The notes below the pieces were generated by a model. That model did not search any database. It was not told where the DNA came from and was given only the letters and a program-made list of their open reading frames with translations. From a virus, in the IMG/VR virus record IMGVR_UViG_3300047472_000191, positions 60,940 to 124,939 of that record: a stretch of 64,000 bases of DNA. The stretch is one strand, 5' to 3'. Position numbers and translations under genes: made by a program. Positions 56,276-64,000 of this stretch are shown piece after piece; the first letter of the stretch is position 1, and every line of letters begins with the position of its first letter.

Positions 56276-58114
56276 ATGCCCCGGCTTAACAGCCCTTCAA
56301 CCGGTACGCCAGCAAGTACCGTTTCCTTCGGAACCATCGAGACCGGCTACTTGTCGCGCGTCAACGGGGTCCTGCACATCCAGACCATGCAGACCGTCAC
56401 CGACGCCGAGGGCAAGGAGAGCCGCCAGTCCGTACCCGTAGAGTTCGCGGACTTTGACATCCGGGCCAAGCACGTCGTCCGCGAGGCCGACGGGTTCACC
56501 TGGATCGTGGACATCGTCCCGCGCGGCTACATCGGTACCCCGCCGGAGGACCAGCTGACGTCCGCTGTGCTGGCCAACGTGCCGAAGCTCGACGCCTGGC
56601 TGGCATCCCACGGAGTCTCCTATGGTGAGCCGACCACGGGATCTGTGATGCACCGGTTCAAGCCCGGTACCCGCCTCATGCGGTACATCAAGGCGCAACG
56701 GCCCCCGCTGGCAGAGATCCGGCCGCAGACCGGCTACCACGCCGATCTAGACATGTTCCTGACAACCCGAGGCGCGATCCTCCCCGGGGAAATCGAATTC
56801 GACAACACCGTTCCGTTCCGTCCCGCAGCCATGCTCCGCCACAACACCGCCTCCCCGTTCACCTACGGGTTCGCACACCAGGGGCTGGAAGAGGTGCGGG
56901 AGGTACTGCGGGAAGTCCTCGGATTCCACGACGAGACCGCTACCGCTCTGTTCGCGTCGTGGGCGGTCATGTCGCTGATCCAGTCCGCTCTTCAGCCTGG
57001 CTACGTGGACCACTTCCCGGTGTTCGCCGTAGAGGCCCCCTCCGGTACCGGTAAGACCACCGGTGCGCTCGGGATGCTAGGAGAGATGCTCACCGGCTAC
57101 TCGATGGGCGAGTCCCAGAGCACCCATGCGGCCCTGCGGGACATGCTCGCCTCCACGTGGTCCGGCTTCGTCCACATCGACGACCTGGACGACCCGAAAA
57201 ACCTGTTCGAGATGCTACGGATGGTCACCGCGAACGGCACCCAGAACAAGAAGACCGGCCAGGGGTGGGACAAAAACGCCCAGATCCAGATGACCGGTGC
57301 CCTGTACATCACCGGGGAACACCTGGGCATGGACACCGAGAAGGCCCTCATGGACCGGGTGATCCAGATCGGTCTGCCGTCCCCGATCCACCGCAAATCC
57401 AGGCGCCCGGGACGGGAACACCTGTCACAGGCCCAGGACATGAAGGAAATCCAGCGGCGGTACCAGATGCTGGGCGGACTGTCCTCCATCTCCGCCACCG
57501 TGATCTCTGAAGTCATGATGCACGTGGAGCAGATCAGGCACCTGGTGGACACCCTGCGGGTCGCCCCGGGACGGCAGGGTGACAAGTACGCCGTCGTCCT
57601 TGCCGGTGCCCGCATGATCGACGGACTGCTGGGCGAAGAGGGTGCATGGGAGGGCGAAGGACCCACCAGCTACTACGTCAACCACTGGGTGGAACAGCAG
57701 CTGGACCAGCGGTCGTTCGAGGGGGACAACTCCCTCACCACCGAGGTGATCCCCACAGTGGGCGGACTGGGCTTGCAGACTGTGGACTCGATGGGTAAGT
57801 GCGTGGATATGTTCCGGGGCATCCCGGTGCCCTTCCCTCCCTGCGGTATCGCGGAAATCGCCGCGTTCGAAGGGGAGCGGCTGTTCATCCAGCTGACGAT
57901 CCTGGCGAACGTCTGGGAGGCCTTGAAGGGTGCCCACAACGTCAAGCAGCGGACGGAGACCCGCAAGGCTCTGGAGCAGCAGGCGAAGGCGGCTGGATTC
58001 GTGAAGACGGCCAACCCGGTACGTCTGCCGGGACGCCGGGATCTGGCGGTGCAGCGGCTGTGGGTGGCTCCCGAGAGCGTGACGGAAGCGATGCGGGAGC
58101 GGCTGGGACGGTAG
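56276..58114 (+). CDS. P-loop NTPase, putative replicative helicase (paralog B)
   Basis: EAPSGTGKTT, FVHIDD, ALMDR. Confidence 0.75.
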   Translation: MPRLNSPSTGTPASTVSFGTIETGYLSRVNGVLHIQTMQTVTDAEGKESRQSVPVEFADFDIRAKHVVREADGFTWIVDIVPRGYIGTPPEDQLTSAVLANVPKLDAWLASHGVSYGEPTTGSVMHRFKPGTRLMRYIKAQRPPLAEIRPQTGYHADLDMFLTTRGAILPGEIEFDNTVPFRPAAMLRHNTASPFTYGFAHQGLEEVREVLREVLGFHDETATALFASWAVMSLIQSALQPGYVDHFPVFAVEAPSGTGKTTGALGMLGEMLTGYSMGESQSTHAALRDMLASTWSGFVHIDDLDDPKNLFEMLRMVTANGTQNKKTGQGWDKNAQIQMTGALYITGEHLGMDTEKALMDRVIQIGLPSPIHRKSRRPGREHLSQAQDMKEIQRRYQMLGGLSSISATVISEVMMHVEQIRHLVDTLRVAPGRQGDKYAVVLAGARMIDGLLGEEGAWEGEGPTSYYVNHWVEQQLDQRSFEGDNSLTTEVIPTVGGLGLQTVDSMGKCVDMFRGIPVPFPPCGIAEIAAFEGERLFIQLTILANVWEALKGAHNVKQRTETRKALEQQAKAAGFVKTANPVRLPGRRDLAVQRLWVAPESVTEAMRERLGR

Positions 58115-58115
58115 C

Positions 58116-58341
58116 GGTTACAGCCTCTGTAACCGATGGCGTAACCGGGGCTGTAACCGGTGGTGTAACCAGGGTCGAAATGATCTTGATGGTGAGAGGG
58201 CTAGTACTTACTTTTAGTGAGTGCTAGCCCTCTCACTGTTGGGGGCTGGTTACACCTCTGGATACACCTCTGGTTACACACTTTGTAACCAGAAAAAATC
58301 TCTCTGACCTGCATAAACTTCTAGTGGTTACAGTGGTTACA
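58116..58341. repeat. Iteron array around a palindrome, putative origin 2
   Basis: GTAACC at 58129, 58141, 58153 and 58165 (12-bp period); imperfect 20-bp inverted repeat at 58192-58236; TGG(T/A)TACAC x3 at 12-bp period; CTCTGACCTGCAT. Confidence 0.75.
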
Positions 58342-58838
58342 CTTTTTTAGATGGATATACGTATGTGGGGGCTCGGCTCTGACTCCCGTTGTATGAGGGG
58401 CTCCTCCCAATCCGTCATCCCATAAGAGGGGCTTGATTCCCGGGGAGCTGTAACCAGAGCGGTGAGCCCCCAAACGATCAAGATCAGAGTGGGAGGGCTT
58501 GCCCACTCCATGCATGTGCATCTACCCTCCAGAACTAGGCCCCGATCACAGGGGCCATATCTCGTGGAGGACCCAGACACCCGCTGGGTAACGCGAAAAA
58601 CTATTTCCGCATCGTGGAACCGGTCGAATGCCTTCCAGGGGTCGTGCCGACTGCTACGGTCGGTGTTGCGGTCTTCCTCGTGTGTGGGGTGGTCCGTTGC
58701 ATCGGGGTGGTTGCATGATCGTTTCCGGTGTTGGCCGGTCCCTCTTGTTTCTCCCTGGGGGACCGGCTTTTTCGTTGTCTCGGAGTGTGGTAGGGTAGAT
58801 ATATCAGTTCACGGAGACACCGATTCGAGGAGATTCCT

Positions 58839-59150
58839 ATGAGCGCCCCCCGCCCTAACGTGGTCAGCCGGTTTCTGACGGACCGGGGGTTCGCCCGGAG
58901 CACCCGTTACACCAGTCGTATCCCGGGTTTGCCGATCATCACCGCAGGGTTCGAGGTGGGCGCACAGGACGGCGTTACGACGGTGACGTACACCCTGGGT
59001 ACCGGTGCTCCTTCTATGACTCTGGAGCGGCGTCGGGAGCTGGTTTCTGCGGTGGTGTACGGGATGGAGAGGGCTCTTTCCGAGCGGTACACGGTGATCA
59101 TGTTTGAGCCGACTGTGGGTGTGGCGTATCGGTTGACGGTCGAGGGCTGA
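58839..59150 (+). CDS. Hypothetical protein, paralog of 59257
   Basis: Shared MERALS..YTVIMF.P..YRLT. Confidence 0.75.
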   Translation: MSAPRPNVVSRFLTDRGFARSTRYTSRIPGLPIITAGFEVGAQDGVTTVTYTLGTGAPSMTLERRRELVSAVVYGMERALSERYTVIMFEPTVGVAYRLTVEG

Positions 59151-59256
59151 TACGCCGGGCGTAGCGGGGTCGTGATCCTTCGGGGTTGCGGCCCCTTCTT
59201 CGTATGTGCTAGGGTAGATACATCATCCAGGAGACACCACACCGAGGAGACTCGTC

Positions 59257-59574
59257 ATGATCCCCACCGAGCAGGTTGAGCAGACTCTGATGGACGCCGG
59301 ATTCGTCCCCTTCACCCAGCGGGGGCAGATCGGTTACGGCGGCTTCCAGGTGGTCCTGGAGGACGGCAAGACGGTGGTGACGCACGCACCGGGATTCATC
59401 GGCGCGATGCCGCCGGAGCTGAGCCGGGATCTCATCGCCAGCCGGGAGACCGTCGCCCGGCAGATCGACCGGATGGAGCGCGCACTCTCCCGAGCCGGAT
59501 ACACCGTGATCATGTTCGTGCCGGATGAGGGCCTCGACTACCGGCTGACGATCGCTCCGACGGGGAGGTGGTGA
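59257..59574 (+). CDS. Hypothetical protein, paralog of 58839
   Basis: Shared C-terminus with 58839; own promoter and RBS. Confidence 0.75.
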   Translation: MIPTEQVEQTLMDAGFVPFTQRGQIGYGGFQVVLEDGKTVVTHAPGFIGAMPPELSRDLIASRETVARQIDRMERALSRAGYTVIMFVPDEGLDYRLTIAPTGRW

Positions 59575-59792
59575 TGCAGACGGTGAAGGCGGCGCGTACC
59601 CGGCTCCGTTGGATCGCGTATCAGGTGGGCGGTCACGGTGTTGTGGAGATGCGGTACAGCCGGACGACCGGGTATGGGAGTCCTCGGCAGGAGCGGTACA
59701 CCGAGCACACCGGATCCTGCGGGGTCGTGTGGGTGCCGTGGAAGCATCCGTTCTACTTCGATGCGGACGGTACGGAGATTCCGGATCTGTGA
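59574..59792 (+). CDS. Hypothetical protein
   Basis: GGAGG RBS, coupled start. Confidence 0.55.
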   Translation: MQTVKAARTRLRWIAYQVGGHGVVEMRYSRTTGYGSPRQERYTEHTGSCGVVWVPWKHPFYFDADGTEIPDL

Positions 59793-59893
59793 TCGGGAGC
59801 AGCGGGGGTGTGGCCTACGGGTTGCATCCCCGCTTTTCCATGTGCTAGTGTAGATATATCAGAACACGGAGACACCGACCCGAGGAGATCCCG

Positions 59894-60022
59894 ATGAACC
59901 CCAAGGTCAAGAACGCCGCTGTTGCCGTAGCCGTTTCACCGCTCATGCTGGTGGGCCTGGTGGTTGTCGCGATCATCAAGGCACTTGAGGCGCTGCGGGT
60001 GATCAAGATCGACAAGCCCTGA
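59894..60022 (+). CDS. Small membrane peptide (42 aa)
   Basis: Promoter plus GAGGAG RBS; hydrophobic helix. Confidence 0.65.
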   Translation: MNPKVKNAAVAVAVSPLMLVGLVVVAIIKALEALRVIKIDKP

Positions 60023-60165
60023 TACGCCGGTTACGCATAGCCCTCGGAGAGATCCGGGGGCTATCTGCTGCGCCCAGGAACAGCGGAGCAGCGGGTGTTG
60101 CACACCGTCTAATCGATGTGCTAGGGTAGATATATCAGCAAGGGACACCACCGAGGAGACCCCAG

Positions 60166-60411
60166 ATGAACGCCGCCAAGACCGTCGCCACCGCCCTCAT
60201 CGCCGCCACCGCCATCACCGGACTCACCGCCTGCAACCCCGGCACCGAGCCCACCGGAACCGTCACCCACCGCACCGGAGGCGCTCCCATGGCCGGAAAG
60301 GGCGCCACCCTCACGGTCACCGGAAAGGACGGCAAGACGGCGGTCGTCTCCATCCCGGCCGGTGTGTACGAGAGCTGCCACGTCGGCATGCAGTACCCCA
60401 AGTGCAAGTAG
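60166..60411 (+). CDS. Small lipoprotein
   Basis: GLTAC lipobox; C..G..YPKC end. Confidence 0.75.
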   Translation: MNAAKTVATALIAATAITGLTACNPGTEPTGTVTHRTGGAPMAGKGATLTVTGKDGKTAVVSIPAGVYESCHVGMQYPKCK

Positions 60412-60595
60412 CCTTCCAGCGGTACACCAGGGCCCTCCGGGATACACCGGGGGGCCCTTTGCTGCGCCCGGACACACCCGCTGTCAGCGGGGGAGCAGCG
60501 GGGTGAAAGTCTTCTCCGGAGGGGGTTGTATCTACCCTAGTACTCGTGTAGAGTAGGAGTATCAGCAAGGGACACCGCAACCAGGGAGACCCGAA

Positions 60596-60844
60596 ATGCT
60601 CAAGTTCCTCAAGGCCGCATTCGCCACCGACGCCCAGATCACCGCCCAGATCACCGCCAAGCTGGACGCCGAGGACGCCGCCAAGAAGGCCACCGACACC
60701 CGGGGTCTCTGGGACGAGGAGCTGGGCTGCTGGATGGGTACGGCGGGCAGCACGGAGCGCTTCCTGTGGATCCTCGCCGACCAGGACCGCGACGACCGGG
60801 AGGACGCCCTGCTTGCGGAGATCCTCCGGAACCGCCAGAGCTGA
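60596..60844 (+). CDS. Hypothetical protein
   Basis: Promoter TTGTAT-N17-TAGAGT, RBS, terminator. Confidence 0.7.
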   Translation: MLKFLKAAFATDAQITAQITAKLDAEDAAKKATDTRGLWDEELGCWMGTAGSTERFLWILADQDRDDREDALLAEILRNRQS

Positions 60845-60966
60845 TCGCACCACCGAGCGCACCGAGCCCTCCGGGATACACCGGGGGGGTTTTTGTGTTG
60901 CGCGGGCGCAGCAGGGTGTGCTAGTGTAGATATATCAGCAAGGGACACCACACCGAGGAGATCCTG

Positions 60967-61179
60967 ATGAACCGCACCGCCACCGCCCGCCACATGGCCA
61001 ACGCCCACCGCGCCCTCACGGACGCCACCGAGGCCCGGGAAGCCGGACTGACCCCCCGAGTCGAAATGAACCTCCGGAGCGCCGTGGAGCAGCTGGAACT
61101 GGCCGGACACACCGGCCCCCTCTACAAGGCCACCGTGGGCGACCTGGCAGCGGTGATGTTCTCCCGCACCACGGTGTAA
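60967..61179 (+). CDS. Hypothetical protein
   Basis: Cassette architecture. Confidence 0.7.
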   Translation: MNRTATARHMANAHRALTDATEAREAGLTPRVEMNLRSAVEQLELAGHTGPLYKATVGDLAAVMFSRTTV

Positions 61180-61303
61180 CCCGCCCGACACACCGAGCCC
61201 TCGGAGAGATCCGGGGGCTTTCTGCTGCGCCCTGTTGCACACCGCGTAATCCATGTGCTAGGGTAGATACATCAAGACGGCACACCACACCGAGGAGAGC
61301 CCC

Positions 61304-61594
61304 ATGCGCTGCGGAAACGGCGATCTGACCTACGACGGCAACGGACACCTGGAGCACGTCCACTACTGCACCCAGGAAGCCGTCACCAACCGTTTCAGCA
61401 AGCGCGGCAAGACTCTCCCGTTCTGCCAGGACCACGCCTCCCGATACGACGTGTTCACGGGCAAGCTGCTACGCCGGGTCCTCGCCACATGGGAGCGCCT
61501 CGGAGATGAGTTCATGACCGACTCCGGGCACACCCGGCCGGAGCTGCGCCCCGAACACGACGGACAGCTGATGATCCCGGGGATTTTCGTCTGA
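61304..61594 (+). CDS. Hypothetical Cys/His protein
   Basis: Cassette architecture; C..C..CQDH. Confidence 0.7.
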   Translation: MRCGNGDLTYDGNGHLEHVHYCTQEAVTNRFSKRGKTLPFCQDHASRYDVFTGKLLRRVLATWERLGDEFMTDSGHTRPELRPEHDGQLMIPGIFV

Positions 61595-61696
61595 TCAAGG
61601 CGTAGCGAGGGGGTCACGGCCTACGGGTTGTGGCCCTTTCCCGTATGTGCTAGGGTAGATATATCAACCGGGAACACCACACCGAGGAGAACCCCG

Positions 61697-62137
61697 ATGC
61701 TCACCTCCGCGCAGATCGACCAGGCCATCAGCACCCGAGCCCGCGTCCGCATCTCCGACACCCACGGATGGGCCCCCGGCGTAGAGGGCATCGCGATGGG
61801 ATTCCGCCCCAACTACGGCACCATCAAGATCGGATTCACCGACACCGACGGCAAGTACACCGGAGAGTTCACCGTCGTCTCGTACAAGAGCGTCGAACTG
61901 GTCGAACCGATGATCCTCGAAGAGTTCGAAACCGTCGAGATCGACGAGATCAAGCCGGGCGACGAGATCAGCTTCAAGGACCTCTACGAGCAGCGGTACA
62001 TCCGGGGCACCGTCACCGAGATCACGGCCTCCCGTGACGGCTACAAGGACCCGTTCATCCCCTCCGTGCGTAGGGCCAACGGATTCAGCACCCACCCCGA
62101 GATCTCCCCCGGCACACCCGTACGCCGCTACATCTGA
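61697..62137 (+). CDS. Hypothetical protein (SH3-like beta domains possible)
   Basis: Cassette architecture. Confidence 0.7.
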   Translation: MLTSAQIDQAISTRARVRISDTHGWAPGVEGIAMGFRPNYGTIKIGFTDTDGKYTGEFTVVSYKSVELVEPMILEEFETVEIDEIKPGDEISFKDLYEQRYIRGTVTEITASRDGYKDPFIPSVRRANGFSTHPEISPGTPVRRYI

Positions 62138-62203
62138 CCCGGACACACCAGGGGCGTAGCTCTCACCGGAGCTACGCCCCCTTCGATCAATCCAGGAGAC
62201 ACC

Positions 62204-62476
62204 ATGCCCAAACCCCTCACACCCCTCATGCGCGCCGCACTCAAACAGATCCGGGGAGGCGGCGAGAACTACCGCTACGCCCCGCTCACCCCCTCCCTCA
62301 ACAAGCCCAAACCGGTGAAGCCCGCCGACCTCACACCCCTTGTCAGCGGCGGCCTCCTAGGGCGTACCGTGCTCGCCCTCGAACGACGCGGCCTCGTACG
62401 CCTGGCCCCCTACACACCGACCACAGGACGCGTCGTAGCCGTCCCCCAGGACACACCGGAAGACACCGATGACTGA
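62204..62476 (+). CDS. Hypothetical protein (winged-helix-like end)
   Basis: AGGAG RBS; RTVLALERRGLV. Confidence 0.65.
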   Translation: MPKPLTPLMRAALKQIRGGGENYRYAPLTPSLNKPKPVKPADLTPLVSGGLLGRTVLALERRGLVRLAPYTPTTGRVVAVPQDTPEDTDD

Positions 62477-62795
62477 GCCCGTGTTCACCCCCGCCACCGA
62501 CATCCGGATAGGCGACAAGATCGCATACGAGGGCCGACCCCATGCCCGGGTACTCCGCAACGCCGAGCCCTACACCGACCAGTTCGGCCGCACCCTGCAA
62601 GCCTTCTGGTGCGGATCAGACGACGAATCCGGACGGGAAGGCTGGGTACCGTTCGGGCCCGGTGGCGGCTTCCCCGTGATCAAAGCGGCTGCTGCCGGTA
62701 CACCGGAAGACACCGGCTGCAAGTGCACCGGATGGGACGGCTGCCCCAACCCCTCCGCCTGCGGGACACCCCAAGGCTGCCACTGCGGCGCCTGA
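62469..62795 (+). CDS. Hypothetical protein with Cys-rich tail
   Basis: Overlapping start; CKC..C..C..CHC. Confidence 0.6.
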   Translation: MTEPVFTPATDIRIGDKIAYEGRPHARVLRNAEPYTDQFGRTLQAFWCGSDDESGREGWVPFGPGGGFPVIKAAAAGTPEDTGCKCTGWDGCPNPSACGTPQGCHCGA

Positions 62796-62944
62796 ACACA
62801 CCACTGGACGGCTCAAGAGCGGATACACCGGGGCGTGGCGGATGGATCGCTACGCCCCGTTTCCTGTGGGGGGTTGTGCCGACACACCCGGACGTGCTAG
62901 TGTAGATACATCAGCCAGTGAGACACCGAACCGAGGGGACTCCC

Positions 62945-63157
62945 ATGAACCAGCACCAGATCCGCCAGGACGCCATTCAGCAGTACGGCGACGCCCCCGC
63001 CAACGCGCTCCAGGCCCTGGCCCACGTCGTTGCAGTCTTCGCGGATGCTCCCGATGACCAGGTCATGATCCAGGCCACCAGCAACATCTACGGGCAGGGC
63101 GTCCGTACGGGTCTCACGATGGGGGACCTCCGGGTGCTGGCGGCCAAGCTCGCCTGA
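62945..63157 (+). CDS. Hypothetical protein
   Basis: Cassette architecture; TGLTMGDLR. Confidence 0.7.
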   Translation: MNQHQIRQDAIQQYGDAPANALQALAHVVAVFADAPDDQVMIQATSNIYGQGVRTGLTMGDLRVLAAKLA

Positions 63158-63228
63158 TCTGATCCCACCGCCGCGCCCCCTGGAACACACCAGGGGGCGC
63201 ACCCCCATACCCCCAAGGAGCCGTCCAG

Positions 63229-63678
63229 ATGAACGCCCTGATCTACCTTCCTATCCAGACCCCCGTCATGACCGGAGAAGACCTGGAACGCCTGCACACC
63301 CTGTACCTGCACGCCAAGGCCTGCGACTACACCGTGACCGAGGTGTGGCCGGTGGTCGACCTGGAGGATAAGGGCAACACGCACAACAGCTGGTACAACG
63401 CCCAGCAGGATCTGACGGAAGGCCGGTTCGATGTGATCCTGCTGTGGGATCACAGCATCGACGACATCGATTCGCTGCACCGGGAGGTCTTGCTGCCTGC
63501 CCCCGAGAAGACGCCCGCCGAGGGTTTCCAGCCTGGGGCCCGGGTCAAGTACGACGACTCTCCCGGTGAGGTGCTGGAGCGCCGCTACAACGGTGGACGG
63601 GACAGCTGGGACTGCCAGGTGAAGTTCGATGACGGGGACAGCGGCTGGTGCTGGGAGTCGGATCTCACCCCGGAGTGA
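63229..63678 (+). CDS. Hypothetical protein
   Basis: AAGGAG RBS; C-terminal SH3-like VKFDDG..W..ESDL. Confidence 0.65.
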   Translation: MNALIYLPIQTPVMTGEDLERLHTLYLHAKACDYTVTEVWPVVDLEDKGNTHNSWYNAQQDLTEGRFDVILLWDHSIDDIDSLHREVLLPAPEKTPAEGFQPGARVKYDDSPGEVLERRYNGGRDSWDCQVKFDDGDSGWCWESDLTPE

Positions 63679-63792
63679 TCATGGTGTGAGTGGAGGGCCC
63701 TCGCCGGGTGGTGGGGGCCTTTCTGTTGTGCGCCCCAGGTGCCGTGCGCTAGGGTAGATACATCAAGAGACACCGCGACAGAGGAGACTCCT

Positions 63793-64000
63793 GTGCTTAC
63801 CGTCGTAATCTGCCCCTTCTTCTGGACCGGCCCCAACGGGATCACCCGGGAAGCACGCGCTGTCTACCTCCGAGACGGTGTCATCGTGGGCCGGGACACC
63901 TACCCCTACCAGCCCGGCGAACTCCCCCTCACACCCGTCAAAGCCCTCAAGAAGTTCGGCTTCAAGACCGTAGGCAGGTTGAAGCAGAGCAAGCCAGGAC
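63793..64000 (+). CDS. Hypothetical protein, 3'-truncated
   Basis: Motif promoter at 63750 plus GAGGAG RBS. Confidence 0.6.
   Translation, partial: MLTVVICPFFWTGPNGITREARAVYLRDGVIVGRDTYPYQPGELPLTPVKALKKFGFKTVGRLKQSKPG

Larger units (their letters stand above)
58786..63764 (+). repeat. Array of promoter-gene-terminator cassettes with the repeated GTGCTAGKGTAGATAYATC motif
   Basis: -10 boxes at 58791, 59210, 59846, 60122, 60922, 61259, 61651, 62898 and 63750; shared CACC..CCGAGGAGA leaders. Confidence 0.85.

Noticed and set aside
58786-63764. Repeated motif as a CRISPR array or integron attC sites
   Set aside because: Spacing is gene-sized and irregular, the motif contains a -10 box, and no integrase is visible
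1-64000. tRNA genes, integrase, large terminase, portal
   Set aside because: None recognised by eye; they may lie outside the window, and tRNAscan-SE would be needed to exclude tRNAs

Overview
The window is a 64-kb stretch of a high-GC actinobacteriophage with siphovirus-type tail genes. The host is most likely Streptomyces, inferred from HrdB-like promoters and codon use. Left to right it contains: the 3' part of a giant protein with kinase-like and ADP-ribosyltransferase domains; a reverse-strand helicase with an iteron array; the head, tail and lysis module (8.1-26.9 kb); replication and nucleotide-metabolism genes (SNF2 helicase, RuvC-like, Cas4/RecB-like nuclease, ThyX, AAA ATPase, PolA); two displaced beta-helix tailspikes; a second paralogous helicase with a second iteron array; and an array of small promoter-gene-terminator cassettes. 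I recognised no integrase, large terminase, portal, tRNA or CRISPR array. The main unexplained pattern is a two-layer partition. By manual scan, 22 in-frame TTA (Leu) codons fall in 15 virion, lysis or putatively late genes and are essentially absent from early genes, which suggests virion production is gated by the host bldA tRNA. The early genes instead carry about 20 copies of a GCTAGGGTAGATA promoter/operator motif. A highly structured ~400-nt noncoding element with two possible pseudoknots lies at 40.1-40.5 kb. All calls come from reading motifs by eye, and no database searches were run.
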